Assembly: GCA_963716255.1 (NCBI GenBank)
Contig: OY970303.1
Span: 2,400,001 to 2,464,000, forward strand
Direction of reading: 5' to 3'
Origin: an uncultured Gemmatimonadales bacterium
GTDB lineage: Bacteria > Gemmatimonadota > Gemmatimonadetes > Longimicrobiales > Longimicrobiaceae
Length of the DNA: 64,000 bases
Positions within the stretch are counted from its first letter, which is position 1; every line of letters begins with the position of its first letter. The translations under genes were made by a program, and so were the position numbers. This document shows, piece by piece, positions 12,301 through 24,300 of this stretch. Below the pieces are notes generated by a model. The model did no database searches. It saw only the letters and a program-made list of their open reading frames with translations, and was not told where the DNA came from.

Positions 12301-15300
12301 ACAGCTCGGGAGACAGGACGAAGTGACGGCTCTCCGCCCGCGCGCCCTGGGCCGCGGTGCGCGGGTGGTCCGTGGGGATCTCCAGCAGCGGGGGCGCGCC
12401 GCCCAGCTGTTCCTTCCAGAAGCCGATCTGCGCCTCCAGCACTTCACCGCTGAGCCACTCGCGCTGCCACACCGCGAAGTCGGCGTACTGCACCGGCAGC
12501 TCGGGGAGGTCCGGCTCCTCGCCCCGGCCGAAGGCGGCGTAGAGGACCGAGACCTCGCGCACCAGCAACTGCATGCTCCAGCCGTCGCTGACCACGTGGT
12601 GCAGCGTGAAGAGGAGCACGTGCTCCTCCTCGTCCAGGCGCAGCAGCGTGCTCCGCAGCAGCGGCCCGCGCGCCAGGTCGAAGGCCAGCAGCGCCTCCTC
12701 GGACGCCAGCCGCCCGGCCTCGGCCTCACGCTCCGCGGCCGGCAGATCGCGCAGGTCCAGCTCCCTGAGCTCGACGGACGCGGCCGGGTGGATGACCTGC
12801 ACGGGGACGCCGCCCTGCTCCGCGAACGTGGTGCGCAGCGTCTCGTGGCGCCGCACCAGCGCGTCCAGGCTGGCCCGCAGCGCCGCGGCGTCCAGCTCAC
12901 CGCCCAGGCGCAGCGCGAAGGGCATGTTGTACGCGGGGCTTCCCGGCTCCAGCCGGTCCACCACCCACAGCCGCTGCTGCGCGAACGACACCGGCAGCGG
13001 CGAGCCGTCCCGCGGCACCGGCACGATCGGCGGCGCCAGCATGGTCCCGGCGCTGCGCAGCGCCTCGATGCGACCGGCCAGCGCCGCCACGGTGGGTGCC
13101 TCGAAGAGCGCCCGCAGCGGAAGCTCCACCCCGAACACCTCACGCACCCGCGACACCACGCGTGTCGCCAGCAGCGAGTGGCCGCCCCGTTCGAAGAAGC
13201 TCGACTCCACGCCCACCCGCTCGGTCCCCAGCACTTCCGCCCAGATCCCCGCCAGCACCTCCTCCGCAACCGTCCTCGGTCCGGTGTACGCCGCGCCGCC
13301 CGCCCCGTGCTCCGGCGCCGGCAGCGCGCCGCGGTCCACCTTGCCGTTGGCGTTCACCGGCAGCCGCTCCAGCACCACGAACGCGCCGGGCACCATGTGC
13401 TCCGGCAGCCGCGCGCCCGCGAGCGCCCGCAGGCCCGCGGCCGAGAGCCCGGCCTCCCGCTCCGCCGCCACGTACGCCACCAGGCGCTTCCGGCCCGGCG
13501 CGTCCTCCCGCACCATCACCAGCGCGTCGCGGACGGCCGCGTCCTCCAGCAGCACCGCCTCGATCTCCCCCGGCTCGATGCGGAAGCCGCGGATCTTGAC
13601 TTGGGCGTCCACCCGGCCCAGGAACTCCAGCTCTCCGTCCGCGCGCCGACGCACCCGGTCGCCCGTGCGGTACAGACGTCCTCCCACCGCGCCGAACGGG
13701 TCGGGGACGAACCGCGCGGCGGTCAGCTCCGGCCGCCCCAGGTACCCGCGCGCCACGCCCCCGCCCGCCAAGCACAGCTCGCCGGGCACTCCGGCCGGCA
13801 GCAGGCCCCCCGCCGCGTCCAGCACGTGCATCCCCACGCCCGGCAGCGGACGTCCCACCATCTGCCAGTCGGGGCGCGCGTCACGGCGCAGCGGCGTCGC
13901 CGAGCTGATCATCGTGTTCTCGGTGGGCCCGTACATCGCCCACACCCGCGCCCCGGGGAAGGCGGCCTGCATCTGCTCCAGCAGGTCGGGCGCGATGGCG
14001 TCGCCGCCCACGAAGACCCGCCGCATGCGCGGCAGCGTCCCCGCCCCCGCCCGCACCCGCGCGGCCACCTCGCGCATCAGCGCCGGAACGGCGTGCAGCG
14101 CCTCCACGCCCGCAAGCTCCGCGACCAGGCGCTCCACGTCCTGCACGCTCTCCCGCTCGAGCAGACGGGCCACTCCGCCCACCAGCAGCGGCGCGAACGC
14201 CTCGAAGGTCCAGATGTCGAAGGCGTGGCTGGCCATCACCGGCATCACCTCCCCGGCCGCCAGCCCGAAGCTCTCACTGGTGCCCCGCAGCGCGTGCACC
14301 AGGCTGGCGTGCTCGACCACCACGCCCTTGGGCCTCCCGGTGGAGCCGGAGGTGTAGATGACGTACGCCGCGTTGCGGACGCCGACGCCGCTCCCGGGCT
14401 CTGTGTCCGGCTCGCGCTCGACCGCCTCCCGGTCCGCGTCCATGCGGACGACGCCGCCCGTGAAGGCGGGAAGCGTCTCCAGCAGCCTGCTCCGCGTCAC
14501 GAGCAGGGCGGCGCCGGAGTCGGAGAGCGTGTAGGCCAGGCGCTCGGCCGGGTAGGCGGCGTCCAACGGCACGTACGCCCCGCCGGCCTTGAGCACCCCC
14601 AGCACCGCGACCACCATCTCCACCCCGCGCTCCAGGCATATGGCGACGCGGGTCTCCGGCCCCACGCCGCGCCGCCGGAGCAGGTGGGCGAGCCGGTTGG
14701 CCCTGCCGTCCAGCGCGGCGTACGTCAGCGCCTCGTCCGCGAAGACGACCGCGGGAGCGCCGGGGGTACGCCGTGCCTGCCGTGCGACCAGCTCGTGCAT
14801 GCACGCCGGGACGTGCCCCAGAGGCTCCGCGCTGGAATCCGCAAGCAGCCGCGCCCGCTCGTCCTCGCGCAGCAGCGACACCTCGGAGAGGCGCCGGTGC
14901 GGATCGGCCGCCATCGCCTCCAGGAGCACCTCCAGGTGCCCCGCCATCCGCGCGACCGTCTCCGCTTCGAACAGCGCCTCGCGGTAGTCGATCGCGCCGC
15001 CCAGCGCCTCGCCCGCGTCCTGGATCGCGAGCTCCAGGTCGAACTTCGCCACGCCGGCCCCGCTCTCGAACGGCTCCAGCTCCAGCGAGCCCAGCGAGAG
15101 CTGCTCTTCCGCGCTGGCCTTCTGGAGCGCGAAGGCGACCTGGAAGACGGGGGTGTGCGTCAGGCTGCGCTCGACGCCCAGCTCCTCGACCAGGCGCTCG
15201 AAGGGCAGCTCCTGGTGCGCGTACGCGCCCAGCGCCGCCGCCCGCGTCCGCTCCAGCAGCTCGCTCCAGGTGGGATCGCCCGCCAGCTCCGCCCGCAGCG

Positions 15301-18300
15301 AGAGCATGTTGACGAAGAAGCCGATCAGCCCCTCCGCCTCGCGCCGGTTCCGCCCCGCGATGGGGCTGCCGACCACCACGTCGTCCTGCCCCGCGTAGCG
15401 GCCCAGCAGCGCCTGCCAGCCGGCAAGCACGGTCATGAACAGCGTGGTGCCCTCGCGCCGCGAGAGCGCCCGTAGCCCCTCCGAGAGCCCGCGCGGCAGA
15501 GCGAAGCGGTGGCTCTCCGCGACCGGGCTCTGCCCCAGCCCGCGCGGGTGATCGGTGGGGATCTCCAGCAGCGGCGGCACGCCGGCGAGCGCCTGCTTCC
15601 AGTAGCCGATCTGCTCCTCCAGCACTTCACCGCTGAGCCACGCGCGCTGCCACACGGCGAAGTCGGCGTACTGCACCGGCAGCTCGGGGAGGTCCGGCTC
15701 CTCGCCCCGGCCGAAGGCGGCGTAGAGGGCGGAGACCTCGCGCACCAGCACCTGCATGCTCCAGCCGTCGCTGACCACGTGGTGCAGCGTGAAGAGCAGC
15801 ACGTGCTCCTCCTCGTCCAGGCGCAGCAGCGTGCTCCGCAGCAGCGGCCCGCGCGCCAGGTCGAAGGCCAGCAGCGCCTCCTCGGACGCAAGCCGCTCGG
15901 CCCCGGCCTCGCGCTCGGCTTGCGGCAGATCGCGCAGGTCCAGCTCCCTGAGCTCGACGGACGCGGCCGGGTGGATGACCTGCACGGGGACGCCGCCCCG
16001 CTCCGCGAACGTGGTGCGCAGCGTCTCGTGGCGCCGCACCAGCGCGTCCAGGCTGGCCCGCAGCGCCGCGGCGTCCAGCTCACCCGTCAGGCGTAGCGCG
16101 AAGGGCATGTTGTAGGCGGCGCTGCCCGGGTCCAGCCGGTCAACCAGCCACAGCCGCTGCTGCGCGAACGACAGCGGCAGCTGCTCCTCCCGCGACACCC
16201 GGACGATCGGCGGCGCCGTCGAAGCGCCCGCGCTGCGCAGCGACTCGATGCGCGCGGCCAGTCCCGCCACCGTGGGCGCCTCGAAGAGCGCCCGAAGCGG
16301 CAGCTCCACCCCGAACGCCTGCCGCGCACGCGACACCACCTGCGTCGCCAGCAGCGAGTGGCCGCCCACGTCGAAGAAGCCGTCTTCCACCCCCAAGCGG
16401 TCCAGGCGCAGCACCTCCGCCCAGATCCCCGCCAGCACCTCCTGGACCGGCGTCCACGGTGCCACGTACCCCGCCTCCGCCACGTGCTCCGGCGCGGGCA
16501 GCGCGCCGCGGTCCACCTTGCCGTTGGCGTTGAGCGGCAGCCGCTCCAGCACCACGAAGGCGGAGGGCACCATGTAGTCCGGCAGGCGCGCCGCCAGCCG
16601 CGCCCGAAGCTCTGCCGGCGCGACCTCCACGCCCTCCGCCGGAACCACGTAGGCGCTCAGCCTCTTCTGACCCGGCGCGTCCTCCCTCACCGTCACGAAC
16701 GCTTCGCCGACCTCCTCAAGCCCGGAGAGCACCGCTTCCACCTCCCCCGGCTCGATTCGGAAGCCGCGGATCTTGACCTGCGCGTCCATCCGCCCCAGGT
16801 ACTCGATCTCCCCCGCGGCCGTCCACCGCACCCGGTCGCCCGTGCGGTACAGCCGCGCGCCCGCCGCCCCGAACGCGTCCGGGAGGAAGCGCTCTGCCGT
16901 CAGAGCTGCCTGCCCCAGGTAGCCGCGCGCGGTCCCCAGCCCGCCGATGTACAGCTCGCCCGGCACGCCCGCCGGCAGCGGCTGCCCACCCGCGTCCAGC
17001 ACGTACAGCGTGGTGTTCCTCAGCGGCCCGCCGATGGGCACCGTCGCTGCTGCGGCCTCGACGCTTCGCACGTGCTGCCAGCTGGCGTAGGTCGTCGTCT
17101 CCGTCGGCCCGTAGACGTGCAGCAGCCGCCCCGGCGCGCCCGTCTCCAGCACGCGCCGCACGCTCTGCGGGTCCACCGCCTCCCCGCCGAAGAGCAGGTG
17201 GCGCAGCGTGGCAAACGCCGCCGGCTCGTCGTTGGCGATGCGGTTGAACAGCGCCGTAGTCAGGAACAGCGCACTGACTTCCCGCTCCCGCAGCGCCACC
17301 ACGAACTCGGCCGGCGAGAGCGTCACTTCACGCTCGAAGACGGCGAGGGAGCCGCCGTTCAGCAGCGCGCCCCAGATCTCGAAGGTGGCCGCGTCGAAGG
17401 CCAGGTTGGAGGCATGGGCGATCCGCTCCGACGGCCCGAAGGGCACGTAAGGGGTCTCGCGCACCAGGCGCACCACGGACTCGTGCGCCACCGCCACGCC
17501 CTTGGGACGCCCGGTCGAGCCGGAGGTGTAGATGACGTACGCCAGCTGCCCGGGGTGAGACGCGACGAGCGGTGCCGTCTCCGGCAAGGTCGTCAGCACA
17601 TCCGTGGTCGCCGCGTCGTCCAGCCACAGCGCTTCGACCCCGGCGGAGAGCTGCGCACCGGCGGCGGCGTTGGTCAGGACCAGCGAGACGCCCGCGTCGG
17701 CGAAGACCTCGCGCAGGCGCTCGGCCGGGTTGGAGGGGGCAAGCGGCACATATGCGCCGCCGGCCTTGAGGATGCCCAGCATCGCCAGCACGGCGTCGAT
17801 GCCGCGCTCGAAGCACATCCCCACGCGCGCCTCCGGGCCGACACCGCGCTGCATCAGCAGGTGCGCCAGCCGGTTGGCCCTGCGCTCCAGCTCCGTGTAG
17901 GTGACCGTCTCCTCGCCGGAATCGATCGCAACCGCAGCGGGCGTGCGTGCGGCCTGCTCGGCGAACAGCTCGTGGATGCCGGCCTGCGGGAGCGCCGCGG
18001 CGGTGGCGTTCCACGCCTCCAGCACCTGCGTGCGCTCCGCCCCGTGCAGCAGCGACACCTCGGACAGACGGCGCCCGGGCTCGGCCGCCATCGCCTCCAG
18101 CAGCGTCTCCAGGTGCCCCGCCATCCGCGCCACCGTCTGCGCCTCGAACAGCGCTCCACGATAGGCCAGCGTCGCGGCCAGCGTTTCCGCCTGGTCTGAG
18201 ACCGTCAGCTCCAGGTCGAACTTCGCCACGCCCAACCCGCCCCCGATCGGCGCCAGATCCAGGTCGCCCAGCGACAGCTGCCCCTCCGCGCGGGCCTTCT

Positions 18301-21300
18301 GCAGCGCGAAGGTGACCTGGAAGACGGGCGTGTGCGTCAGGCTGCGCTCGGCGCCCAGCTCCTCCACCAGGCGCTCGAAGGGCAGCTCCTGGTGGTCGAA
18401 GGCGCCAAGCGCCGCCGCGCGCGTCCGCCCCAGCAGCTCGGTCCAGGTGGGATCGCCAGCCAGGTCCGCACGCAGACTGAGCATATTGACGAAGAAGCCG
18501 ATCAGCCCCTCCACCTCGTGGCGGTTCCGCCCCGAGATGGGGCTGCCGACCACCACATCCCCCTGACCCGCGTAGCGGGCCAGCAGCGCCTGCCAGCCGG
18601 CGAGCACGGTCATGAACAGCGTCGCACCCTCACGCTGCGAGAGCACCCGCAGCCCGTGCGACAGCTCGGGCGAGAGGGTGAAGGGATGGACCTCCGCGAT
18701 CGGGCTCTGCCCCAGCCCGCGGGGGTGATCCGTGTGGATTTCCAGCAGCGGGGGGGCGCCGGCCAGCGCGTCCTTCCAGTAGTCGATCTGCTCGTCCAGG
18801 GTCTCGCCGGAGAGCCAGGCGCGCTGCCACACCGCGTAGTCGGCGTACTGCGCCGGGAGCTCCGCCAGCTGCGGCTCCTCCCCACGGCTGAAGGCGGCGT
18901 AGAGTACGGAGACCTCGCGCACCAGCACCTGCATGCTCCACCCGTCGCTGACCACGTGGTGCATGGTGAAGAGCAGCACGTGCTCCTCCACGTCCACTCG
19001 CAGCAGCGTGCTCCGCAGCAGCGGCCCGCGCGCCAGGTCGAAGGGCAGCAGCGTCTCCTCGGAAGCCAGCCGCTCCACCTCGGCCTCGCGCTCGGCTTGC
19101 GGCAGGTCGCGCAGGTCCAGCTCCCGCAGCGCAACCGGCGTAGCGGGGTGGATGACCTGCACGGGGACGCCGCCCTGCTCCGCGAACGTGGTCCGCAGCG
19201 TCTCGTGACGCGCCACCAGCGCGTCCAGGCTCGCCCGCAGCGCCACCGTGTCCAGCGCGCCCCGCAGCCGCAGCGCACCGGGCATGTTGTAGGCGGGGCT
19301 CCCCGGCTCCATCTGGTCGACCACCCACAGCCGCTGCTGTGCGTACGACAGCGGCAGCGGCTCGTCGCGCGGGATCCGCTCGATCGGCGGCGCCAGCAGG
19401 GCGCCCGTGGCGCGCAGCGCCTCGATGCGCTCGGCGAGGGCGGCCACCGTCGGCGCCTCGAACAGCGCCCGCAGCGGAAGCTCCACCCCGAACGCCTGCC
19501 GCGCACGCGAGACCACCTGCGTAGCCAGCAGCGAGTGCCCGCCCAGCTCGAAGAAGCCCTCCTCCACGCTCACCCGCTCCACGCCCAGCACCGCAGCCCA
19601 GATCCCCGCCAGCACCTCCTCGGTCGGCGTCCGCGGCGCCACGTAGCGCTCCTCTCCCGCCCCGTATTCCGGCGCCGGCAGCGCCCTGGCGTCCAGCTTG
19701 CCGTTGGGGGTGAGCGGCAGCACATCGAGCCCCACGAACGCCGCCGGCACCATGTACTCCGGCAGGCTCCGGCGCAGGTGGTCGCGCAGCGCGTCCGCCT
19801 CCGCCCCGCCCACCACGTACGCCACCAGGCGCTGCTCGCCCGGCATGCCGAAGGCAGGATCCTCGCGCACGATCACCCGCGCCTCGCGAACCTCCGCGTG
19901 CGCGCACAGCACCGCCTCGATCTCGCCCGGCTCGATGCGGAAGCCGCGCACCTTGACCTGCTCGTCCACGCGCCCGACGAACTCCAGGCGCCCGTCCGTG
20001 CTCCAGCGCAGCCGGTCGCCCGTGCGGTACATCCGCGCGCCCGCCTCCGTGCTGAACGGATTGGCGACGAAGCGCTCCGCCGTCAGCTCCGGGCGCTCCA
20101 GGTAGCCGCGCACCACGCCGTCGCCGCCGACGTACGCCTCGCCCGGCACGCCCACCGGCACCGGCTCCAGCGCAGAGTCCAGCAGGTAGATCCGCTGGTT
20201 GCCCGTCGCGCGGCCCACGGAGACGGTCAGCGCGTCCTCCGCTACGTGCTCCACCTGCTCGTACGAGCACCAGGCGGTGGTCTCCGTCGGCCCGTACATG
20301 TGGAGCAGCCGCCGCGGCTTGCCCGCCGCGAGCAGACGCCGCACGCTGTCCGCGTCCGCCGCCTGCCCGCCGAAGAGCACTTCCCGCAGCGGCGCGAAGA
20401 TGTCCGGCTGCTCGCGCGAGAGCTGGTTCAGCAGCGCCGTCGTCTGGTAGAGCGTGGTGATGCGCTCCTCGCGCAGCGTCTCGCGGAAGGCGGCGGGCGA
20501 GAGGAGCACGTCGCGCGCGATGCCGACGAGGGTGGCGCCGTTCATGAGCGCCCCCCAGGCCTCGAAGGTCAGCGCGTCGAAGCTCGCGTTGGACGCCTGC
20601 GCGATGCGGTCGCCCGGGCCGAACTGCACGTAGTCCGTTGCCACGGCGAGCTGCACCACGTGGCGGTGGGCCACCATCACGCCCTTGGGCCGGCCGGTGC
20701 TCCCGCTGGTGTAGACGATGTACGCCAGGTTCTCGGCAGTCGCACCGCTGCGCGGCGCCTCCGTGGACTCGCGGGCGAGCGCGTCGGCAACGCGGTCGAG
20801 GAGAACGAGCGAGACGTCGCCTGCCTCCGCGGCGAAGGCGACGTCGCTGCGGCTGAGCAGCACGCGCACGCTGCTGTCGTCCAGCATCATCCGGAGGCGC
20901 TCGGCCGGGTAGCCCGGGTCCAGCGGCACGTAGCAGCCGCCGGCCTTGAGCACGGCAAGGATCGAGACGATCAGCTCCACGCCGCGCTCCAGCAGCACTC
21001 CGACCCGACTCTCCGGCCCGACTCGGAGGCCGCCCAGGTGGTGCGCCAGCTGGTTCGCACGCGCGTCCAGCTCCCGGTAGGACAGCTCGACGCCGCCCCA
21101 CACCAGCGCCGGTGCGTCGGGCCTCTCCCGCACCTGCGCCTGGAACAGCTCGTGGATGCAGACACCGCGCGGGTACGGCCGCGCCGTCCGGTTCCACGCC
21201 TCCACCACCTGCGCGCGCTCGGCTCCGCTCAGCAGCGACAGCTCCGAGAGGCGCCGCTCGGGCGTGGAGACCATCGTCTCCAGCATCGTCTCCAGGTGCC

Positions 21301-24300
21301 CCGCCATCCGCTCGATCGTCGCCGCCTCGAACAGCCCAGCGCGGTAGGTCAGCGCACCCTCCAGAGCTTCCCCGCCGTCCTGGACCGTCAGGTCCAAGTC
21401 GAACTTGGCGACCCCTTCCCTCGCTCCGAACGGCTCGGTGGCCAGCTCGCCCAGCGCGAGCTCCTCGTGCCCGGCCGTGCGGTCCAGCGCGAACGTCACC
21501 TGGAAGACGGGCGCGTGCGCCAGGCTGCGCTCCACGTCCAGCTCTTCCACCAGCCGCTCGAAGGGCAGCTCCTGGTGCGCGTATGCCCCCAGCGCCCTGT
21601 CCCGCACTCGCTCCAGCAGCTCGCGCCAGGTGGGATCCCCACCCAGGTCGGCGCGAAGCGCCAGCATGTTGACGAAGAAGCCGATCAGTCCCTCCGTCTC
21701 CACCCGCGTGCGCCCCGCGATGGGGCTGCCGACGACCACGTCGTCCTGCCCGGCGTAGCGGCCCAGCAGCGCCTGCCACCCGGCCAGCACGGTCATGAAC
21801 AGCGTGGTCCCTTCGCGCCGCGAGAGCGTCCGCAGCCCTTCCGAATGGCCGAGCTGGAGGGCGAAGCCGCGGGTCGCCGCGAGCGGGCTCCGCCCGGGTG
21901 CGCGCGGGTGGTCCGTGGGGATCTCCAGCAGCGGGGGGGCGCCGCGCAGCTGTTCCTTCCAGAAGCCGATCTGCTCTTCCAGCACCTCGCCGGACAGCCA
22001 CGCGCGCTGCCACACGGCGAAGTCGGCGTACTGCACCGGCAGCTCGGGGAGGTCCGGCTCCTCGCCGCGGCTGAAGGCTCCGTAGAGCGCCGAGACCTCG
22101 CGCACCAGGACGTTCACGCTCCAGCCGTCGCTGACCACGTGGTGCAGCGTGAAGAGCAGCACGTGCTCCTCCTCGCCCAGGCGCAGCAGCGTGCTCCGCA
22201 GCAGCGGCCCGCGCGCCAGGTCGAACGGACGCAGCGCCTCCTCGGACGCAAGCCGCTCCACCTCGCGCGCGAGTGCCGCGGCCGGCAGGCTCCGCAGGTC
22301 GAGTGCGTGCAGCGCCACCGCCGCGGCCGGGTGGATGACCTGCACCGGCACGCCGCCGTCCTCGGAGAACGTGGTGCGCAGCGTCTCGTGCCGCCGCACC
22401 AGCGCGTCCAGACTGGCCCGCAGTGCCGCCGTGTCCAGCGCGCCCCGCAGCCGCAGCGCGAAGGGCATGTTGTAGGCGGCGCTCCCCGGCTCCAGCCGGT
22501 CCACCACCCACAGCCGCTGCTGCGCGAACGAGAGAGGCAGCGGCGTCCCGGGGCTCCTCCTGCGGATCTCCTCGGGGTCGCGCTCCGCCTCCACCCCCGC
22601 CTCCACCCCCGCCTGCATCCACTTCTGGAGGAGGCGGCGGCGCTCGGGGGAGAGCCGGTCCAGCCTGTCCAGCCGGTCCGTGATGGCCAGGTGCCTCATC
22701 ACTTCCCCGTCGGACAGCTCCTCCGGCCGCTCCAGCATCGCGTCCAGCCGCCCGGCCAGCTCCGCCACCGTGGGCGCCTCGAACATGGCCCGTAGCGGAA
22801 GCTCCACCCCGAACGCCTGCCGCGCACGCGAGACCACCTGCGTAGCCAGCAGCGAGTGCCCGCCCAGCTCGAAGAAGCCCTCCTCCACGCTCACCCGCTC
22901 CACGCCCAGCACCGCAGCCCAGATCCCCGCCAGCACCTCCTCGGTCGGCGTCCGCGGCGCCACGTAGCGCTCCTCTCCCGCCCCGTATTCCGGCGCCGGC
23001 AGCGCTTTGACGTCCAGTTTGCCGTTGGGGGTGAGCGGCAGCATATCGAGCCCCACGAACGCCGCCGGCACCATGTACTCCGGCAGGCTCCGGCGCAGGT
23101 GGTCGCGCAGCGCGTCCGCCTCCGCCCCGCCCACCACGTACGCCACCAGGCGCTGCTCGCCCGGCATGCCGAAGGCAGGATCCTCGCGCACGATCACCCG
23201 CGCCTCGCGAACCTCCGCGTGCGCGCACAGCACCGCCTCGATCTCGCCCGGCTCGATGCGGAAGCCGCGCACCTTGACCTGCTCGTCCACGCGCCCGACG
23301 AACTCCAGGCGCCCGTCCGTGCTCCAGCGCAGCCGGTCGCCCGTGCGGTACATCCGCGCGCCCGCCTCCGTGCTGAACGGATTGGCGACGAAGCGCTCCG
23401 CCGTCAGCTCCGGGCGCTCCAGGTAGCCGCGCACCACGCCGTCGCCGCCGACGTACGCCTCGCCCGGCACGCCCACCGGCACCGGCTCCAGCGCAGAGTC
23501 CAGCAGGTAGATCCGCTGGTTGCCCGTCGCGCGGCCCACGGAGACGGTTAGCGCGTCCTCCGCTACGTGCTCCACCTGCTCGTACGAGCACCAGGCGGTG
23601 GTCTCCGTCGGCCCGTACATGTGGAGCAGCCGCCGCGGCTTGCCCGCCGCGAGCAGACGCCGCACGCTGTCCGCGTCCGCCGCCTGCCCGCCGAAGAGCA
23701 CTTCCCGCAGCGGGGCGAACACGTCCGGCTGCTCGCGCGCGAGCTGGTTCAGCAGCGCGGTCGTCTGGTACAGCGTCGTGATGCGCTCCGCGCGCAGCGC
23801 CTCGCGGAACGCGGCCGGCGAGAGGAGCACGTCGCGCGCGATGCCGACGAGGGTGGCGCCGTTCATGAGCGCCCCCCAGGCCTCGAAGGTCAGCGCGTCG
23901 AAGCTGGCGTTGGAGGCCTGCGCGACACGGTCGCCCGGCTGGAAGCGGACGTAGTCGGTTTCAACGGCGAGCTGCACGACGTGGCGGTGGGCGACCATGA
24001 CGCCCTTGGGACGGCCCGTGCTCCCGCTGGTGTAGACGATGTACGCCAGGTTCTCCGCCGTCGCCCCGCTGCGCGGCGCCTCCGTGGACTCGCGGGCGAG
24101 CGCGTCGGCAACGCGGTCGAGGAGGACGACCGAGACGTCGCCCGCCTCCGCGGCGAAGGCGACGTCGCAGCGGCTGAGCAGCACGCGCACGCTGCTGTCC
24201 TCCAGCATCATGCGCAGGCGCTCGGCCGGGTAGCCCGGGTCCAGCGGCACGTAGCAGCCGCCCGCCTTGAGCACCGCCAGGATGGAGACGATCAGCTCCA

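Noticed and set aside
22680..22705. Possible stop/restart (GTGATGA) splitting the NRPS into two genes
   Set aside because: Both TGA triplets are out of frame; the coding frame reads GAA GTG ATG AGG and continues into C5
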